Source: Eledone cirrhosa
Taxonomy: Eukaryota
DNA: 64,000 nucleotides
Assembly: GCA_964016885.1 (NCBI GenBank)
Contig: OZ024741.1
Span: 249,984,001 to 250,048,000, forward strand
Reading direction: 5' to 3'
Position 1 is the stretch's first letter. Every line of letters begins with the position of its first letter. The position numbers and the translations under genes were made by a program. This document shows positions 37,010-52,100 of the stretch, in pieces. Below the pieces are notes generated by a model. That model was not told the origin of the DNA and made no database searches. It was given only the letters and a program-made list of their open reading frames with translations.

Positions 37010-40000
37010 GAAAAAAATATCAAGGGGAGATAATTTCCAGCCCTCCAAGGGGCTATAATTTCCAGCCGTGCAAGGGGAGATAATTTCCAGCCGTCCAAGG
37101 GGAGATAATTTCCATCCTTCCAAGGGGAGATAATTTCCAGCCGTCCAAGGGGAGATAATTTCCCGCCAGCCAAGGGAAGATAATTTTTTAAAAAATCAGG
37201 CGGAGATTGTAAAAAAAATCAGGGGGAGATAATTTGTAAAAAAATCAGGGGGAGATAATTTGTAAAAAAAAAATCAGGGGGAGATAATTTGTAAAAAAAA
37301 ATCAGGGGGAGCTAATTTGTAAAAAAAATCAGGGGGAGATAATTTGTAAAAAAAAATCAGGGGGAGATAATTTGTAAAAAAAAAATCAGGGGGAGATAAT
37401 TTGTAAAAAAATCAAGGGGAGATAATTTCCAGCCGTCCAAGGGGAGATAATTTTCAGCCGTCCAAGGAGGTAATTTCTAGCCGTCCAAGGGGAGATAATT
37501 TCCAGCCGTCCAAGGGGAGATAATTTTTTTAAAAAAATCAGGCGGAGATAATTTGTAAACAAAAATCAGGGGTAGATAATTTGTAAAAAAAATCAAGGGG
37601 AGATAATTTCCAGCCGTCCAAGGGGAGGTAATATCTAGCCATCCAAGGGGAGATAATTTCCAGCCGTCCAAGGGGAGATAATTTCCAGCCGTCCAAGGGG
37701 AGATAATATCCAGCCGTCCAAGGAGACATATTTTCCAGCCGTCCAAGGAGAGGTAATTTCTAGCCGTCCAAGGGGAGATAAGTTCCAGCCTCCAAGGGGA
37801 GATAATTTCCAGCCAGCCAAGGGGAGATAATTTGTAAAAAAATCAGGGGGAGATAATTTGTAAAAAAAATCAGGGGGAGATAATTTGTAAAAAAATCAGG
37901 GGGAGATAATTTCTAAAAAAAAAATCAGGGGGAGATAATTTGTAAAAAAAATCAGGGGGAGATAATTTGTAGAAAAAATCAGGGGTAGATAATTTGTAAA
38001 AAAAATCAGGGGGAGATAATTTGTAAAAAAAATCAGGGGGAGATAATTTGTAAAAAAAATCAGGGGTAGATAATTTTCAGCCGTCCAAGGGGAGATAATT
38101 TCCATCCTTCCAAGGGGAGATAATTTCCAGCCGTCCAAGGGGAGATAATTTCCCGCCAGCCAAGGAGAGATAACATTTAAAAAAATCAGGCGGAGATAAT
38201 TTGTAAAAAAAATCAGGGGGAGATAATTTATAAAAAAATCAGGGGGAGATAATTTGTAAAAAAAATCAGGGGTAGATAATTTCCAGCCGTCCAAGGGGAG
38301 ATAATTTCCATCCTTCCAAGGGGAGATAATTTCCAGCCGTCCAAGGGGAGATAATTTCCCGCCAGCCAAGGAGAGATAATATTTAAAAAAATCAGGCGGA
38401 GATAATTTGTAAAAAAAATCAGGGGGAGATAATTTGTAAAAAAATCAGGGGGAGATAATTTGTAAAAAAAAATCAGGGGGAGATAATTTGTAAAAAAAAT
38501 CAGGGGGAGATAATTTGTAAAAAAAATCAGGGGTAGATAATTTGTAAAAAAAAATCAGGGGGAGATAATTTGTAAAAAAAAAATCAGGGGGAGATAATTT
38601 GTAAAAAAATCAAGGGGAGATAATTTCCAGCCGTCCAAGGGGAGATAATTTTCAGCCGTCCAAGGAGAGGTAATTTCTAGCCGTCCAAGGGGAGATAATT
38701 TCCAGCCGTCCAAGGGGAGATAATTTTTTTAAAAAAATCAGGCGGAGATAATTTGTAAACAAAAATCAGGGGGAGATAGTTTGTAAAAAAAAATCAGGGG
38801 GAGATAATTTGTTAAAAAAAATCAGGGGGAGATAATTTGTAAAAAAAATCAAGGGGAGATAATTTCCAGCCGTCCAAGGGGAGGTAATATCTAGCCATCC
38901 AAGGGGAGATAATTTCCAGCCGTCCAAGGGGAGATAATTTCCAGCCGTCCAAGGGGAGATAATATCCAGCCGTCCAAGGAGACATATTTTCCAGCCGTCC
39001 AAGGAGAGGTAATTTCTAGCCGTCCAAGGGGAGATAAGTTCCTGCCTCCAAGGGGAGATAATTTCCAGCCAGCCAAGGGGAGATAATTTGTAAAAAAATC
39101 AGGGGGAGATAATTTGTAAAAAAAAAATCAGGGGGAGATAATTTGTAAAAAAATCAGGGGGAGATAATTTGTAAAAAAAAAATCAGGGGGAGATAATTTG
39201 TAAAAAAAATCAGGGGGAGATAATTTGTAGAAAAAATCAGGGGTAGATAATTTGTAAAAAAAATCAGGGGGAGATAATTTGTAAAAAAAATCAGGGGGAG
39301 ATAATTTGTAAAAAAAATCAGGGGTAGATAATTTTCAGCCGTCCAAGGGGAGATAATTTCCATCCTTCCAAGGGGAGATAATTTCCAGCCGTCCAAGGGG
39401 AGATAATTTCCCGCCAGCCAAGGAGAGATAACATTTAAAAAAATCAGGCGGAGATAATTTGTAAATAAAATCAGGGGGAGATAATTTGTAAAAAAATCAG
39501 GGGGAGATAATTTGTAAAAAAAATCAGGGGTAGATAATTTCCAGCCGTCCAAGGGGAGATAATTTCCATCCTTCCAAGGGGAGATAATTTCCAGCCGTCC
39601 AAGGGGAGATAATTTCCCGCCAGCCAAGGAGAGATAATATTTAAAAAAATCAGGCGGAGATAATTTGTAAAAAAAATCAGGGGGAGATAATTTGTAAAAA
39701 AATCAGGGGGAGATAATTTGTAAAAAAAAATCAGGGGTAGGTAATTTGTAAAAAAAATCAGGGGGAGATAATTTGTAAAAAAAATCAGGGGTAGATAATT
39801 TGTAAAAAAAAATCAGGGGGAGATAATTTGTAAAAAAAAAATCAGGGGGAGATAATTTGTAAAAAAATCAAGGTGAGATAATTTCCAGCCGTCCAAGGGG
39901 AGATAATTTTCAGCCTTCCAAGGAGAGGTAATTTCTAGCCGTCCAAGGGGAGATAATTTCCAGCCGTCCAAGGGGAGATAATTTTTTAAAAAAATCAGGC

Positions 40001-43000
40001 GGAGATAATTTGTAAACAAAAATCAGGGGGAGATAATTTGTAAAAAAAAATCAGGGGGAGATAATTTGTAAAAAAAAATCAGGGGGAGATAATTTGTAAA
40101 AAAAATCAAGGGGAGATAATTTCCAGCCGTCCAAGGGGAGGTAATATCTAGCCATCCAAGGGGAGATAATTTCCAGCCGTCCAAGGGGAGATAATTTCCA
40201 GCCGTCCAAGGTGAGATAATATCCAGCCGTCCAAGGAGACATATTTTCCAGCCGTCCAAGGATAGGTAATTTCTAGCCGTCCAAGGGGAGATAAGTTCCA
40301 GCCTCCAAGGGGAGATAATTTCCAGCCAGCCAAGGGGAGATAATTTGTAAAAAAATCAGGGGGAGATAATTTGTAAAAAAAAAATCAGGGGGAGATAATT
40401 TGTAAAAAAATCAGGGGGAGATAATTTGTAAAAAAAAAATCAGGGGGAGATAATTTGTAAAAAAAATCAGGGGGAGATAATTTGTAAAAAAAATCAGGGG
40501 TAGATAATTTGTAAAAAAAATCAGGGGGAGATAATTTGTAAAAAAAATCAGGAGATAATTTGTAAAAAAAATCAGGGGTAGATAATTTTCAGCCGTCCAA
40601 GGGGAGATAATTTCCATCCTTCCAAGGGGAGATAATTTCCAGCCGTCCAAGGGGAGATAATTTCCCGCCAGCCAAGGAGAGATAACATTTAAAAAAATCA
40701 GGCGGAGATAATTTGTAAAAAAATCAGGGGGAGATAATTTGTAAAAAAAAATCAGGGGGAGATAATTTGTAAAAAAAAATCAGGGGGTGATAATTTGTAA
40801 AAAAAAATCAGGGGGAGATAATTTGTAAAATAATCAAGGGGAGATAATTTCCAGCCGTCCAAGGGGAGATAATTTTCAGCCGTCCAAGGAGAGGTAATTT
40901 CTAGCCGTCCAAGGGGAGATAATTTCCAGCCGTCCAAGGGGAGATAATTTTTAAAAAAAAATCAGGCGGAGATAATTTGTAAACAAAAATCAGGGGGAGA
41001 TAATTTGTAAAAAAAAATCAGGGGGAGATAATTTGTAAAAAAAATCAAGGGGAGATAATTTCCAGCCGTCCAAGGGGAGGTAATATCTAGCCATCCAAGG
41101 GGAGATAATTTCCAGCCGTCCAAGGGGAGATAATTTCCAGCCGTCCAAGGGGAGATAATATCCAGCCGTCCAAGGAGACATATTTTCCAGCCGTCCAAGG
41201 AGACGTAATTTCTAGCCGTCCAAGGGGAGATAAGTTCCAGCCTCCAAGGGGAGATAATTTCCAGCCAGCCAAGGGGAGATAATTTGTAAAAAAATTAGGG
41301 GGAGATAATTTGTAAAAAAAAATCAGGGGGAGATAATTTGTAAAAAAAAATCAGGGGGAGATAATTTGTAAAAAATATCAAGGGGAGATAATTTCCAGCC
41401 CTCCAAGGGGCTATAATTTCCAGCCGTGCAAGGGGAGATAATTTCCAGCCGTCCAAGGGGAGATAATTTCCATCCTTCCAAGGGGAGATAATTTCCAGCC
41501 GTCCAAGGGGAGATAATTTCCCGCCAGCCAAGGGAAGATAATTTTTTAAAAAATCAGGCGGAGATTGTAAAAAAAATCAGGGGGAGATAATTTGTAAAAA
41601 AATCAGGGGGAGATAATTTGTAAAAAAAAAATCAGGGGGAGATAATTTGTAAAAAAAAATCAGGGGGAGCTAATTTGTAAAAAAAATCAGGGGGAGATAA
41701 TTTGTAAAAAAAAATCAGGGGGAGATAATTTGTAAAAAAAAAATCAGGGGGAGATAATTTGTAAAAAAATCAAGGGGAGATAATTTCCAGCCGTCCAAGG
41801 GGAGATAATTTTCAGCCGTCCAAGGAGGTAATTTCTAGCCGTCCAAGGGGAGATAATTTCCAGCCGTCCAAGGGGAGATAATTTTTTTAAAAAAATCAGG
41901 CGGAGATAATTTGTAAACAAAAATCAGGGGGAGATAATTTGTAAAAAAAAATCAGGGGGAGATAATTTGTAAAAAAAAATCAGGGGTAGATAATTTGTAA
42001 AAAAAATCAAGGGGAGATAATTTCCAGCCGTCCAAGGGGAGGTAATATCTAGCCATCCAAGGGGAGATAATTTCCAGCCGTCCAAGGGGAGATAATTTCC
42101 AGCCGTCCAAGGGGAGATAATATCCAGCCGTCCAAGGAGACATATTTTCCAGCCGTCCAAGGAGAGGTAATTTCTAGCCGTCCAAGGGGAGATAAGTTCC
42201 AGCCTCCAAGGGGAGATAATTTCCAGCCAGCCAAGGGGAGATAATTTGTAAAAAAATCAGGGGGAGATAATTTGTAAAAAAAATCAGGGGGAGATAATTT
42301 GTAAAAAAATCAGGGGGAGATAATTTCTAAAAAAAAAATCAGGGGGAGATAATTTGTAAAAAAAATCAGGGGGAGATAATTTGTAGAAAAAATCAGGGGT
42401 AGATAATTTGTAAAAAAAATCAGGGGGAGATAATTTGTAAAAAAAATCAGGGGGAGATAATTTGTAAAAAAAATCAGGGGTAGATAATTTTCAGCCGTCC
42501 AAGGGGAGATAATTTCCATCCTTCCAAGGGGAGATAATTTCCAGCCGTCCAAGGGGAGATAATTTCCCGCCAGCCAAGGAGAGATAACATTTAAAAAAAT
42601 CAGGCGGAGATAATTTGTAAAAAAAATCAGGGGGAGATAATTTATAAAAAAATCAGGGGGAGATAATTTGTAAAAAAAATCAGGGGTAGATAATTTCCAG
42701 CCGTCCAAGGGGAAATAATTTCCATCCTTCCAAGGGGAGATAATTTCCAGCCGTCCAAGGGGAGATAATTTCCCGCCAGCCAAGGAGAGATAATATTTAA
42801 AAAAATCAGGCGGAGATAATTTGTAAAAAAAATCAGGGGGAGATAATTTGTAAAAAAATCAGGGGGAGATAATTTGTAAAAAAAAATCAGGGGGAGATAA
42901 TTTGTAAAAAAAATCAGGGGGAGATAATTTGTAAAAAAAATCAGGGGTAGATAATTTGTAAAAAAAAATCAGGGGGAGATAATTTGTAAAAAAAAAATCA

Positions 43001-46000
43001 GGGGGAGATAATTTGTAAAAAAATCAAGGGGAGATAATTTCCAGCCGTCCAAGGGGAGATAATTTTCAGCCGTCCAAGGAGAGGTAATTTCTAGCCGTCC
43101 AAGGGGAGATAATTTCCAGCCGTCCAAGGGGAGATAATTTTTTTAAAAAAATCAGGCGGAGATAATTTGTAAACAAAAATCAGGGGGAGATAGTTTGTAA
43201 AAAAAAATCAGGGGGAGATAATTTGTTAAAAAAAATCAGGGGGAGATAATTTGTAAAAAAAATCAAGGGGAGATAATTTCCAGCCGTCCAAGGGGAGGTA
43301 ATATCTAGCCATCCAAGGGGAGATAATTTCCAGCCGTCCAAGGGGAGATAATTTCCAGCCGTCCAAGGGGAGATAATATCCAGCCGTCCAAGGAGACATA
43401 TTTTCCAGCCGTCCAAGGAGAGGTAATTTCTAGCCGTCCAAGGGGAGATAAGTTCCTGCCTCCAAGGGGAGATAATTTCCAGCCAGCCAAGGGGAGATAA
43501 TTTGTAAAAAAATCAGGGGGAGATAATTTGTAAAAAAAAAATCAGGGGGAGATAATTTGTAAAAAAATCAGGGGGAGATAATTTGTAAAAAAAAAATCAG
43601 GGGGAGATAATTTGTAAAAAAAATCAGGGGGAGATAATTTGTAGAAAAAATCAGGGGTAGATAATTTGTAAAAAAAATCAGGGGGAGATAATTTGTAAAA
43701 AAAATCAGGGGGAGATAATTTGTAAAAAAAATCAGGGGTAGATAATTTTCAGCCGTCCAAGGGGAGATAATTTCCATCCTTCCAAGGGGAGATAATTTCC
43801 AGCCGTCCAAGGGGAGATAATTTCCCGCCAGCCAAGGAGAGATAACATTTAAAAAAATCAGGCGGAGATAATTTGTAAATAAAATCAGGGGGAGATAATT
43901 TGTAAAAAAATCAGGGGGAGATAATTTGTAAAAAAAATCAGGGGTAGATAATTTCCAGCCGTCCAAGGGGAGATAATTTCCATCCTTCCAAGGGGAGATA
44001 ATTTCCAGCCGTCCAAGGGGAGATAATTTCCCGCCAGCCAAGGAGAGATAATATTTAAAAAAATCAGGCGGAGATAATTTGTAAAAAAAATCAGGGGGAG
44101 ATAATTTGTAAAAAAATCAGGGGGAGATAATTTGTAAAAAAAAATCAGGGGTAGGTAATTTGTAAAAAAAATCAGGGGGAGATAATTTGTAAAAAAAATC
44201 AGGGGTAGATAATTTGTAAAAAAAAATCAGGGGGAGATAATTTGTAAAAAAAAAATCAGGGGGAGATAATTTGTAAAAAAAAAATCAGGGGGAGATAATT
44301 TGTAAAAAAATCAAGGGGAGATAATTTCCAGCCGTCCAAGGGGAGATAATTTTCAGCCTTCCAAGGAGAGGTAATTTCTAGCCGTCCAAGGGGAGATAAT
44401 TTCCAGCCGTCCAAGGGGAGATAATTTTTTAAAAAAATCAGGCGGAGATAATTTGTAAACAAAAATCAGGGGGAGATAATTTGTAAAAAAAAATCAGGGG
44501 GAGATAATTTGTAAAAAAAAATCAGGGGGAGATAATTTGTAAAAAAAATCAAGGGGAGATAATTTCCAGCCGTCCAAGGGGAGGTAATATCTAGCCATCC
44601 AAGGGGAGATAATTTCCAGCCGTCCAAGGGGAGATAATTTCCAGCCGTCCAAGGGGAGATAATATCCAGCCGTCCAAGGAGACATATTTTCCAGCCGTCC
44701 AAGGATAGGTAATTTCTAGCCGTCCAAGGGGAGATAAGTTCCAGCCTCCAAGGGGAGATAATTTCCAGCCAGCCAAGGGGAGATAATTTGTAAAAAAATC
44801 AGGGGGAGATAATTTGTAAAAAAAAAATCAGGGGGAGATAATTTGTAAAAAAATCAGGGGGAGATAATTTGTAAAAAAAAAATCAGGGGGAGATAATTTG
44901 TAAAAAAAATCAGGGGGAGATAATTTGTAAAAAAAATCAGGGGTAGATAATTTGTAAAAAAAATCAGGGGGAGATAATTTGTAAAAAAAATCAGGAGATA
45001 ATTTGTAAAAAAAATCAGGGGTAGATAATTTTCAGCCGTCCAAGGGGAGATAATTTCCATCCTTCCAAGGGGAGATAATTTCCAGCCGTCCAAGGGGAGA
45101 TAATTTCCCGCCAGCCAAGGAGAGATAACATTTAAAAAAATCAGGCGGAGATAATTTGTAAAAAAATCAGGGGGAGATAATTTGTAAAAAAAAATCAGGG
45201 GGAGATAATTTGTAAAAAAAAATCAGGGGGTGATAATTTGTAAAAAAAAATCAGGGGGAGATAATTTGTAAAATAATCAAGGGGAGATAATTTCCAGCCG
45301 TCCAAGGGGAGATAATTTTCAGCCGTCCAAGGAGAGGTAATTTCTAGCCGTCCAAGGGGAGATAATTTCCAGCCGTCCAAGGGGAGATAATTTTTTTAAA
45401 AAAATCAGGCGGAGATAATTTGTAAACAAAAATCAGGGGGAGATAATTTGTAAAAAAAAATCAGGGGGAGATAATTTGTAAAAAAAATCAAGGGGAGATA
45501 ATTTCCAGCCGTCCAAGGGGAGGTAATATCTAGCCATCCAAGGGGAGATAATTTCCAGCCGTCCAAGGGGAGATAATTTCCAGCCGTCCAAGGGGAGATA
45601 ATATCCAGCCGTCCAAGGAGACATATTTTCCAGCCGTCCAAGGAGACGTAATTTCTAGCCGTCCAAGGGGAGATAAGTTCCAGCCTCCAAGGGGAGATAA
45701 TTTCCAGCCAGCCAAGGGGAGATAATTTGTAAAAAAATTAGGGGGAGATAATTTGTAAAAAAAAATCAGGGGGAGATAATTTGTAAAAAAAAATCAGGGG
45801 GAGATAATTTGTAAAAAATATCAAGGGGAGATAATTTCCAGCCCTCCAAGGGGCTATAATTTCCAGCCGTGCAAGGGGAGATAATTTCCAGCCGTCCAAG
45901 GGGAGATAATTTCCATCCTTCCAAGGGGAGATAATTTCCAGCCGTCCAAGGGGAGATAATTTCCCGCCAGCCAAGGGAAGATAATTTTTTAAAAAATCAG

Positions 46001-46100
46001 GCGGAGATTGTAAAAAAAATCAGGGGGAGATAATTTGTAAAAAAATCAGGGGGAGATAATTTGTAAAAAAAAAATCAGGGGGAGATAATTTGTAAAAAAA
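37010..46100 (+). repeat. Tandem duplication of a ~4.4-kb unit (offset 4,358, 4,414 or 4,443)
   Basis: ORF pairs 37896/42310, 38766/43180 and 39154/43568 (+4414); 40023/44466 and 41295/45738 (+4443, one extra 29-bp B monomer). The unit is bounded by the GGCTATAA/GTGCAAG block. Confidence 0.87.
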
Positions 46101-49100
46101 AATCAGGGGGAGATAATTTGTAAAAAAAATCAGGGGGAGATAATTTGTAAAAAAAATCAGGGGTAGATAATTTGTAAAAAAAATCAGGGGGAGATAATTT
46201 GTAAAAAAAATCAGGGGGAGATAATTTGTAAAAAAAATCAGGGGTAGATAATTTTCAGCCGTCCAAGGGGAGATAATTTCCATCCTTCCAAGGGGAGATA
46301 ATTTCCAGCCGTCCAAGGGGAGATAATTTCCCGCCAGCCAAGGAGAGATAACATTTAAAAAAATCAGGCGGAGATAATTTGTAAAAAAATCAGGGCGAGA
46401 TAATTTGTAAAAAAAAATCAGGGGTAGATAATTTCCAGCCGTCCAAGGGGAGATAATTTCCATCCTTCCAAGGGGAGATAATTTCCAGCCGTCCAAGGGG
46501 AGATAATTTCCCGCCAGCCAAGGAGAGATAATATTTAAAAAAATCAGGCGGAGATAATTTGTAAAAAAAATCAGGGGGAGATAATTTGTAAAAAAATCAG
46601 GGGGAGATAATTTGTAAAAAAAAATCAGGGGGAGATAATTTGTAAAAAAAAATCAGGGGGAGATAATTTGTAAAAAAAAATCAGGGGTAGATAATTTGTA
46701 AAAAAAAATCAGGGTGAGATAATTTGTAAAAGAAAAATCAGGGGGAGATAATTTGTAAAAAAATCAAGGGGAGATAATTTCCAGCCGTCCAAGGGGAGAT
46801 AATTTTCAGCCGTCCAAGGAGAGGTAATTTCTAGCCGTCCAAGGGGAGATAATTTCCAGCCGTCCAAGGGGAGATAATTTTTTTTAAAAAATCAGGCGGA
46901 GATAATTTGTAAACAAAAATCAGGGGGAGATAATTTGTAAAAAAAAATCAGGGGGAGATAATTTGTAAAAAAAAATCAGGGGGAGATAATTTGTAAAAAA
47001 AATCAAGGGGAGATAATTTGTCAAAAAAAATCAGGGGTAGATAATTTGTAAAAAAAAATCAGGGGGAGATAATTTGTAAAAAAAAATCAGGGGGAGATAA
47101 TTTGTAAAAAAATCAAGGGGAGATAATTTCCAGCCGTCCAAGGGGAGATAATTTTCAGCCGTCCAAGGAGAGGTAATTCCTAGCCGTCCAAGGGGAGATA
47201 ATTTCCAGCCAGCCAAGGGGAGATAATTTGTAAAAAAATCAGGGGTAGATAATTTGTAAAAAAAAATCAGGGGGAGATAATTTGTAAAAAAAATCAGGGG
47301 GAGATAATTTGTAAAAAAAATCAGGGGTAGATAATTTCCAGCCGTCCAAGGGGAGATAATTTCCATCCTTCCAAGGGGAGATAATTTCCAGCCGTCCAAG
47401 GGGAGATAATTTCCCGCCAGCCAAGGAGAGATAACATTTGAAAAAATCAGGCGGAGATAATTTGTAAAAAAAATCAGGGGGAGATAATTTGTAAAAAAAT
47501 CAGGGGGAGATAATTTGTAAAAAAAATCAGGGGTAGATAATTTCCAGCCGTCCAAGGGGAGATAATTTCCATCCTTCCAAGGGGAGATAATTTCCAGCCG
47601 TCCAAGGGGAGATAATTTCCCGCCAGCCAAGGAGAGATAATATTTAAAAAAATCAGGCGGAGATAATTTGTAAAAAAAATCAGGGGGAGATAATTTGTAA
47701 AAAAATCAGGGGGAGATAATTTGTAAAAAAAAATCAGGGGAGATAATTTGTAAAAAAAATCAGGGGGAGATAATTTGTAAAAAAAAATCAGGGGTAGATA
47801 ATTTGTAAAAAAAAATCAGGGGGAGATAATTTGTAAAAAAAAAATCAGGGGGAGATAATTTGTAAAAAAATCAAGGGCAGATAATTTCCAGCCGTCCAAG
47901 GGGAGATAATTTTCAGCCGTCCAAGGAGGTAATTTCTAGCCGTCCAAGGGGAGATAATTTCCAGCCGTACAAGGGGAGATAATTTTTTTAAAAAAATCAG
48001 GCGGAGATAATTTGTAAACAAAAATCAGGGGGAGATAATTTGTAAAAAAAAATCAGGGGGAGATAATTTGTAAAAAAAAATCAGGGGGAGATAATTTGTA
48101 AAAAAAAATCAAGGGGAGATAATTTCCAGCCGTCCAAGGGGAGGTAATATCTAGCCATCCAAGGGGAGATAATTTCCAGCCGTCCAAGGGGAGATAATTT
48201 CCAGCCGTCCAAGGGGAGATAATATCCAGCCGTCCAAGGAGACATATTTTCCAGCCGTCCAAGGAGAGGTAATTTCTAGCCGTCCAAGGGGAGATAAGTT
48301 CCAGCCCCCAAGGGGAGATAATTTCCAGCCAGCCAAGGGGAGATAATTTGTAAAAAAATCAGGGGGAGATAATTTGTAAAAAAAAAATCAGGGGCAGATA
48401 ATTTGTAAAAAAATCAGGGGGAGATAATTTGTAAAAAAAATCAGGGGGAGATAATTTGTAGAAAAAATCAGGGGTAGATAATTTTCAGCCGTCCAAGGGG
48501 AGATAATTTCCATCCTTCCAAGGGGAGATAATTTCCAGCCGTCCAAGGGGAGATAATTTCCCGCCAGCCAAGGAGAGATAACATTTAAAAAAATCAGGCG
48601 GAGATAATTTGTAAAAAAAATCAGGGGGAGATAATTTGTAAAAAAATCAGGGGGAGATAATTTGTAAAAAAAATCAGGGGTAGATAATTTCCAGCCGTCC
48701 AAGGGGAGATAATTTCCATCCTTCCAAGGGGAGATAATTTCCAGCCGTCCAAGGGGAGATAATTTCCCGCCAGCCAAGGAGAGATAATATTTAAAAAAAT
48801 CAGGCGGAGATAATTTGTAAAAAAAATCAGGTGGAGATAATTTGTAAAAAAATCAGGGGGAGATAATTTGTAAAAAAAAATCAGGGGGAGATAATTTGTA
48901 AAAAAAATCAGGGGGAGATAATTTGTAAAAAAAATCAGGGGTAGATAATTTGTAAAAAAAAATCAGGGGGAGATAATTTGTAAAAAAAAATCAGGGGGAG
49001 ATAATTTGTAAAAAAATCAAGGGGAGATAATTTCCAGCCGTCCAAGGGGAGATAATTTTCAGCCGTCCAAGGAGAGGTAATTTCTAGCCGTCCAAGGGGA

Positions 49101-52100
49101 GATAATTTCCAGCCGTCCAAGGGGAGATAATTTTTTTAAAAAAATCAGGCGGAGATAATTTGTAAACAAAAATCAGGGGGAGATAATTTGTAAAAAAAAA
49201 TCAGGGGGAGATAATTTGTAAAAAAAAATCAGGGGGAGATAATTTGTAAAAAAAATCAAGGGGAGATAATTTCCAGCCGTCCAAGGGGAGGTAATATCTA
49301 GCCATCCAAGGGGAGATAATTTCCAGCCGTCCAAGGGGAGATATTTTCCAGCCGTCCAAGGAGAGGTAATTTCTAGCCGTCCAAGGGGAGATAAGTTCCT
49401 GCCTCCAAGGGGAGATAATTTCCAGCCAGCCAAGGGGAGATAATTTGTAAAAAAATCAGGGGGAGATAATTTGTAAAAAAAAAATCAGGGGGAGATAATT
49501 TGTAAAAAAATCAGGGGGAGATAATTTGTAAAAAAAAAATCAGGGGGAGATAATTTGTAAAAAAAATCAGGGGGAGATAATTTGTAAAAAAAATCAGGGG
49601 TAGATAATTTGTAAAAAAAATCAGGGGGAGATAATTTGTAAAAAAAATCAGGGGGAGATAATTTGTAAAAAAAATCAGGGGTAGATAATTTTCAGCCCTC
49701 CAAGGGGAGATAATTTCCATCCTTCCAAGGGGAGATAATTTCCAGCCGTCCAAGGGGAGATAATTTCCCGCCAGCCAAGGAGAGATAACATTTAAAAAAA
49801 TCAGGCGGAGATAATTTGTAAAAAAAATCAGGGGGAGATAATTTGTAAAAAAATTAGGGGGAGATAATTTGTAAAAAAAATCAGGGGTAGATAATTTCCA
49901 GCCGTCCAAGGGGAGATAATTTCCATCCTTCCAAGGGGAGATAATTTCCAGCCGTCCAAGGGGAGATAATTTCCCGCCAGCCAAGGAGAGATAATATTTA
50001 AAAAAATCAGGCGGAGATAATTTGTAAAAAAAATCAGGGGGAGATAATTTGTAAAAAAATCAGGGGGAGATAATTTGTAAAAAAAAATCAGGGGGAGATA
50101 ATTTGTAAAAAAAATCAGGGGGAGATAATTTGTAAAAAAAAATCAGGGGTAGATAATTTGTAAAAAAAAATCAGGTGGAGATAATTTGTAAAAAAAAATC
50201 AGGGGGAGATAATTTGTAAAAAAATCAAGGGGAGATAATTTCCAGCCGTCCAAGGGGAGATAATTTTCAGCCGTCCAAGGAGAGGTAATTTCTAGCCGTC
50301 CAAGGGGAGATAATTTCCAGCCGTCCAAGGGGAGATAATTTTTTTTTAAAAATCAGGCGGAGATAATTTGTAAACAAAAATCAGGGGGAGATAATTTGTA
50401 AAAAAAAATCAGGGGGAGATAAATTGTAAAAAAAAATCAGGGGGAGATAATTTGTAAAAAAAATCAAGGGGAGATAATTTCCAGCCGTCCAAGGGGAGGT
50501 AATATCTAGCCATCCAAGGGGAGATAATTTCCAGCCGTCCAAGGGGAGATAATTTCCAGCCGTCCAAGGGGAGATAATATCCAGCCGTCCAAGGAGACAT
50601 ATTTTCCAGCCGTCCAAGGAGACGTAATTTCTAGCCGTCCAAGGGGAGATAAGTTCCAGCCTCCAAGGGGAGATAATTTCCAGCCAGCCAAGGGGAGATA
50701 ATTTGTAAAAAAATTAGGGGGAGATAATTTGTAAAAAAAAATTAGGGGGAGATAATTTGTAAAAAAAAATCAGGGGGAGATAATTTGTAAAAAAAAATCA
50801 GGGGGAGATAATTTGTAAAAAAAAATCAGGGGGAGATAATTTGTAAAAAAAAAATCAGGCGGAGATAATTTGTAAAAAAATCAAGGGGAGATAATTTCCA
50901 GCCGTCCAAGGGGAGATAATTTTCAGCCGTCCAAGGAGAGGTAATTTCTAGCCGTCCAAGGGGAGATAATTTCCAGCCGTCCAAGGGGAGATAATTTTTT
51001 TAAAAAAATCAGGCGGAGATAATTTGTAAACAAAAATCAGGGGGAGATAATTTGTAAAAAAAATCAGGGGGAGATAATTTGTAAAAAAAATCAGGGGGAG
51101 ATAATTTGTAAAAAAAATCAAGGGGAGATAATTTGTAAAAAAAAATCAGGGGTAGATAATTTGTAAAAAAAAATCAGGGGGAGATAATTTGTAAAAAAAA
51201 AATCAGGGGGAGATAATTTGTAAAAAAATCAAGGGGAGATAATTTCCAGCCGTCCAAGGGGAGATAATTTTAAGCCGTCCAAGGAGAGGTAATTTCTAGC
51301 CGTCCAAGGGGAGATAATCTCCAGCCAGCCAAGGGGAGATAATTTGTAAAAAAATCAGGGGTAGATAATTTGTAAAAAAAAATCAGGGGGAGATAATTTG
51401 TAAAAAAAATCAGGGGGAGATAATTTGTAAAAAAAATCAGGGGTAGATAATTTCCAGCCGTCCAAGGGGAGATAATTTCCATCCTTCCAAGGGGAGATAA
51501 TTTCCAGCCGTCCAAGGGGAGATAATTTCCCGCCAGCCAAGGAGAGATAACATTTAAAAAAATCAGGCGGAGATAATTTGTAAAAAAAATCAGGGGGAGA
51601 TAATTTGTAAAAAAATCAGGGGGAGATAATTTGTAAAAAAAATCAGGGGTAGATAATTTCCAGCCGTCCAAGGGGAGATAATTTCCATCCTTCCAAGGGG
51701 AGATAATTTCCAGCCGTCCAAGGGGAGATAATTTCCCGCCAGCCAAGGAGAGATAATATTTAAAAAAATCAGGCGGAGATAATTTGAAAAAAAAATCAGG
51801 GGGAGATAATTTGTAAAAAAATCAGGGGGAGATAATTTGTAAAAAAAAATCAGGGGAGATAATTTGTAAAAAAAATCAGGGGGTGATAATTTGTAAAAAA
51901 AATCAGGGGTAGATAATTTGTAAAAAAAAATCAGGGGGAGATAATTTGTAAAAAAAAAATCAGGGGGAGATAATTTGTAAAAAAATCAAGGGGAGATAAT
52001 TTCCAACCGTCCAAGGGGAGATAATTTTCAGCCGTCCAAGGAGGTAATTTCTAGCCGTCCAAGGGGAGATAATTTCCAGCCGTCCAAGGGGAGATAATTT

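Larger units (their letters stand above)
7954..41640 (+). repeat. Long-range duplication: ~8.0-19.3 kb is repeated at ~30.2-41.6 kb (offset 22,185-22,423)
   Basis: Markers seen only in these two places: GTCAAAGG ~12075/34498, GTAAATAAAAATTAG 13962/36385, GTAAATTCTA 14088/36511, GCTAGCC 14511/36934 (+22423). ORF pairs 9206/31391 (+22185) and 15529/37896 (+22367). Confidence 0.87.
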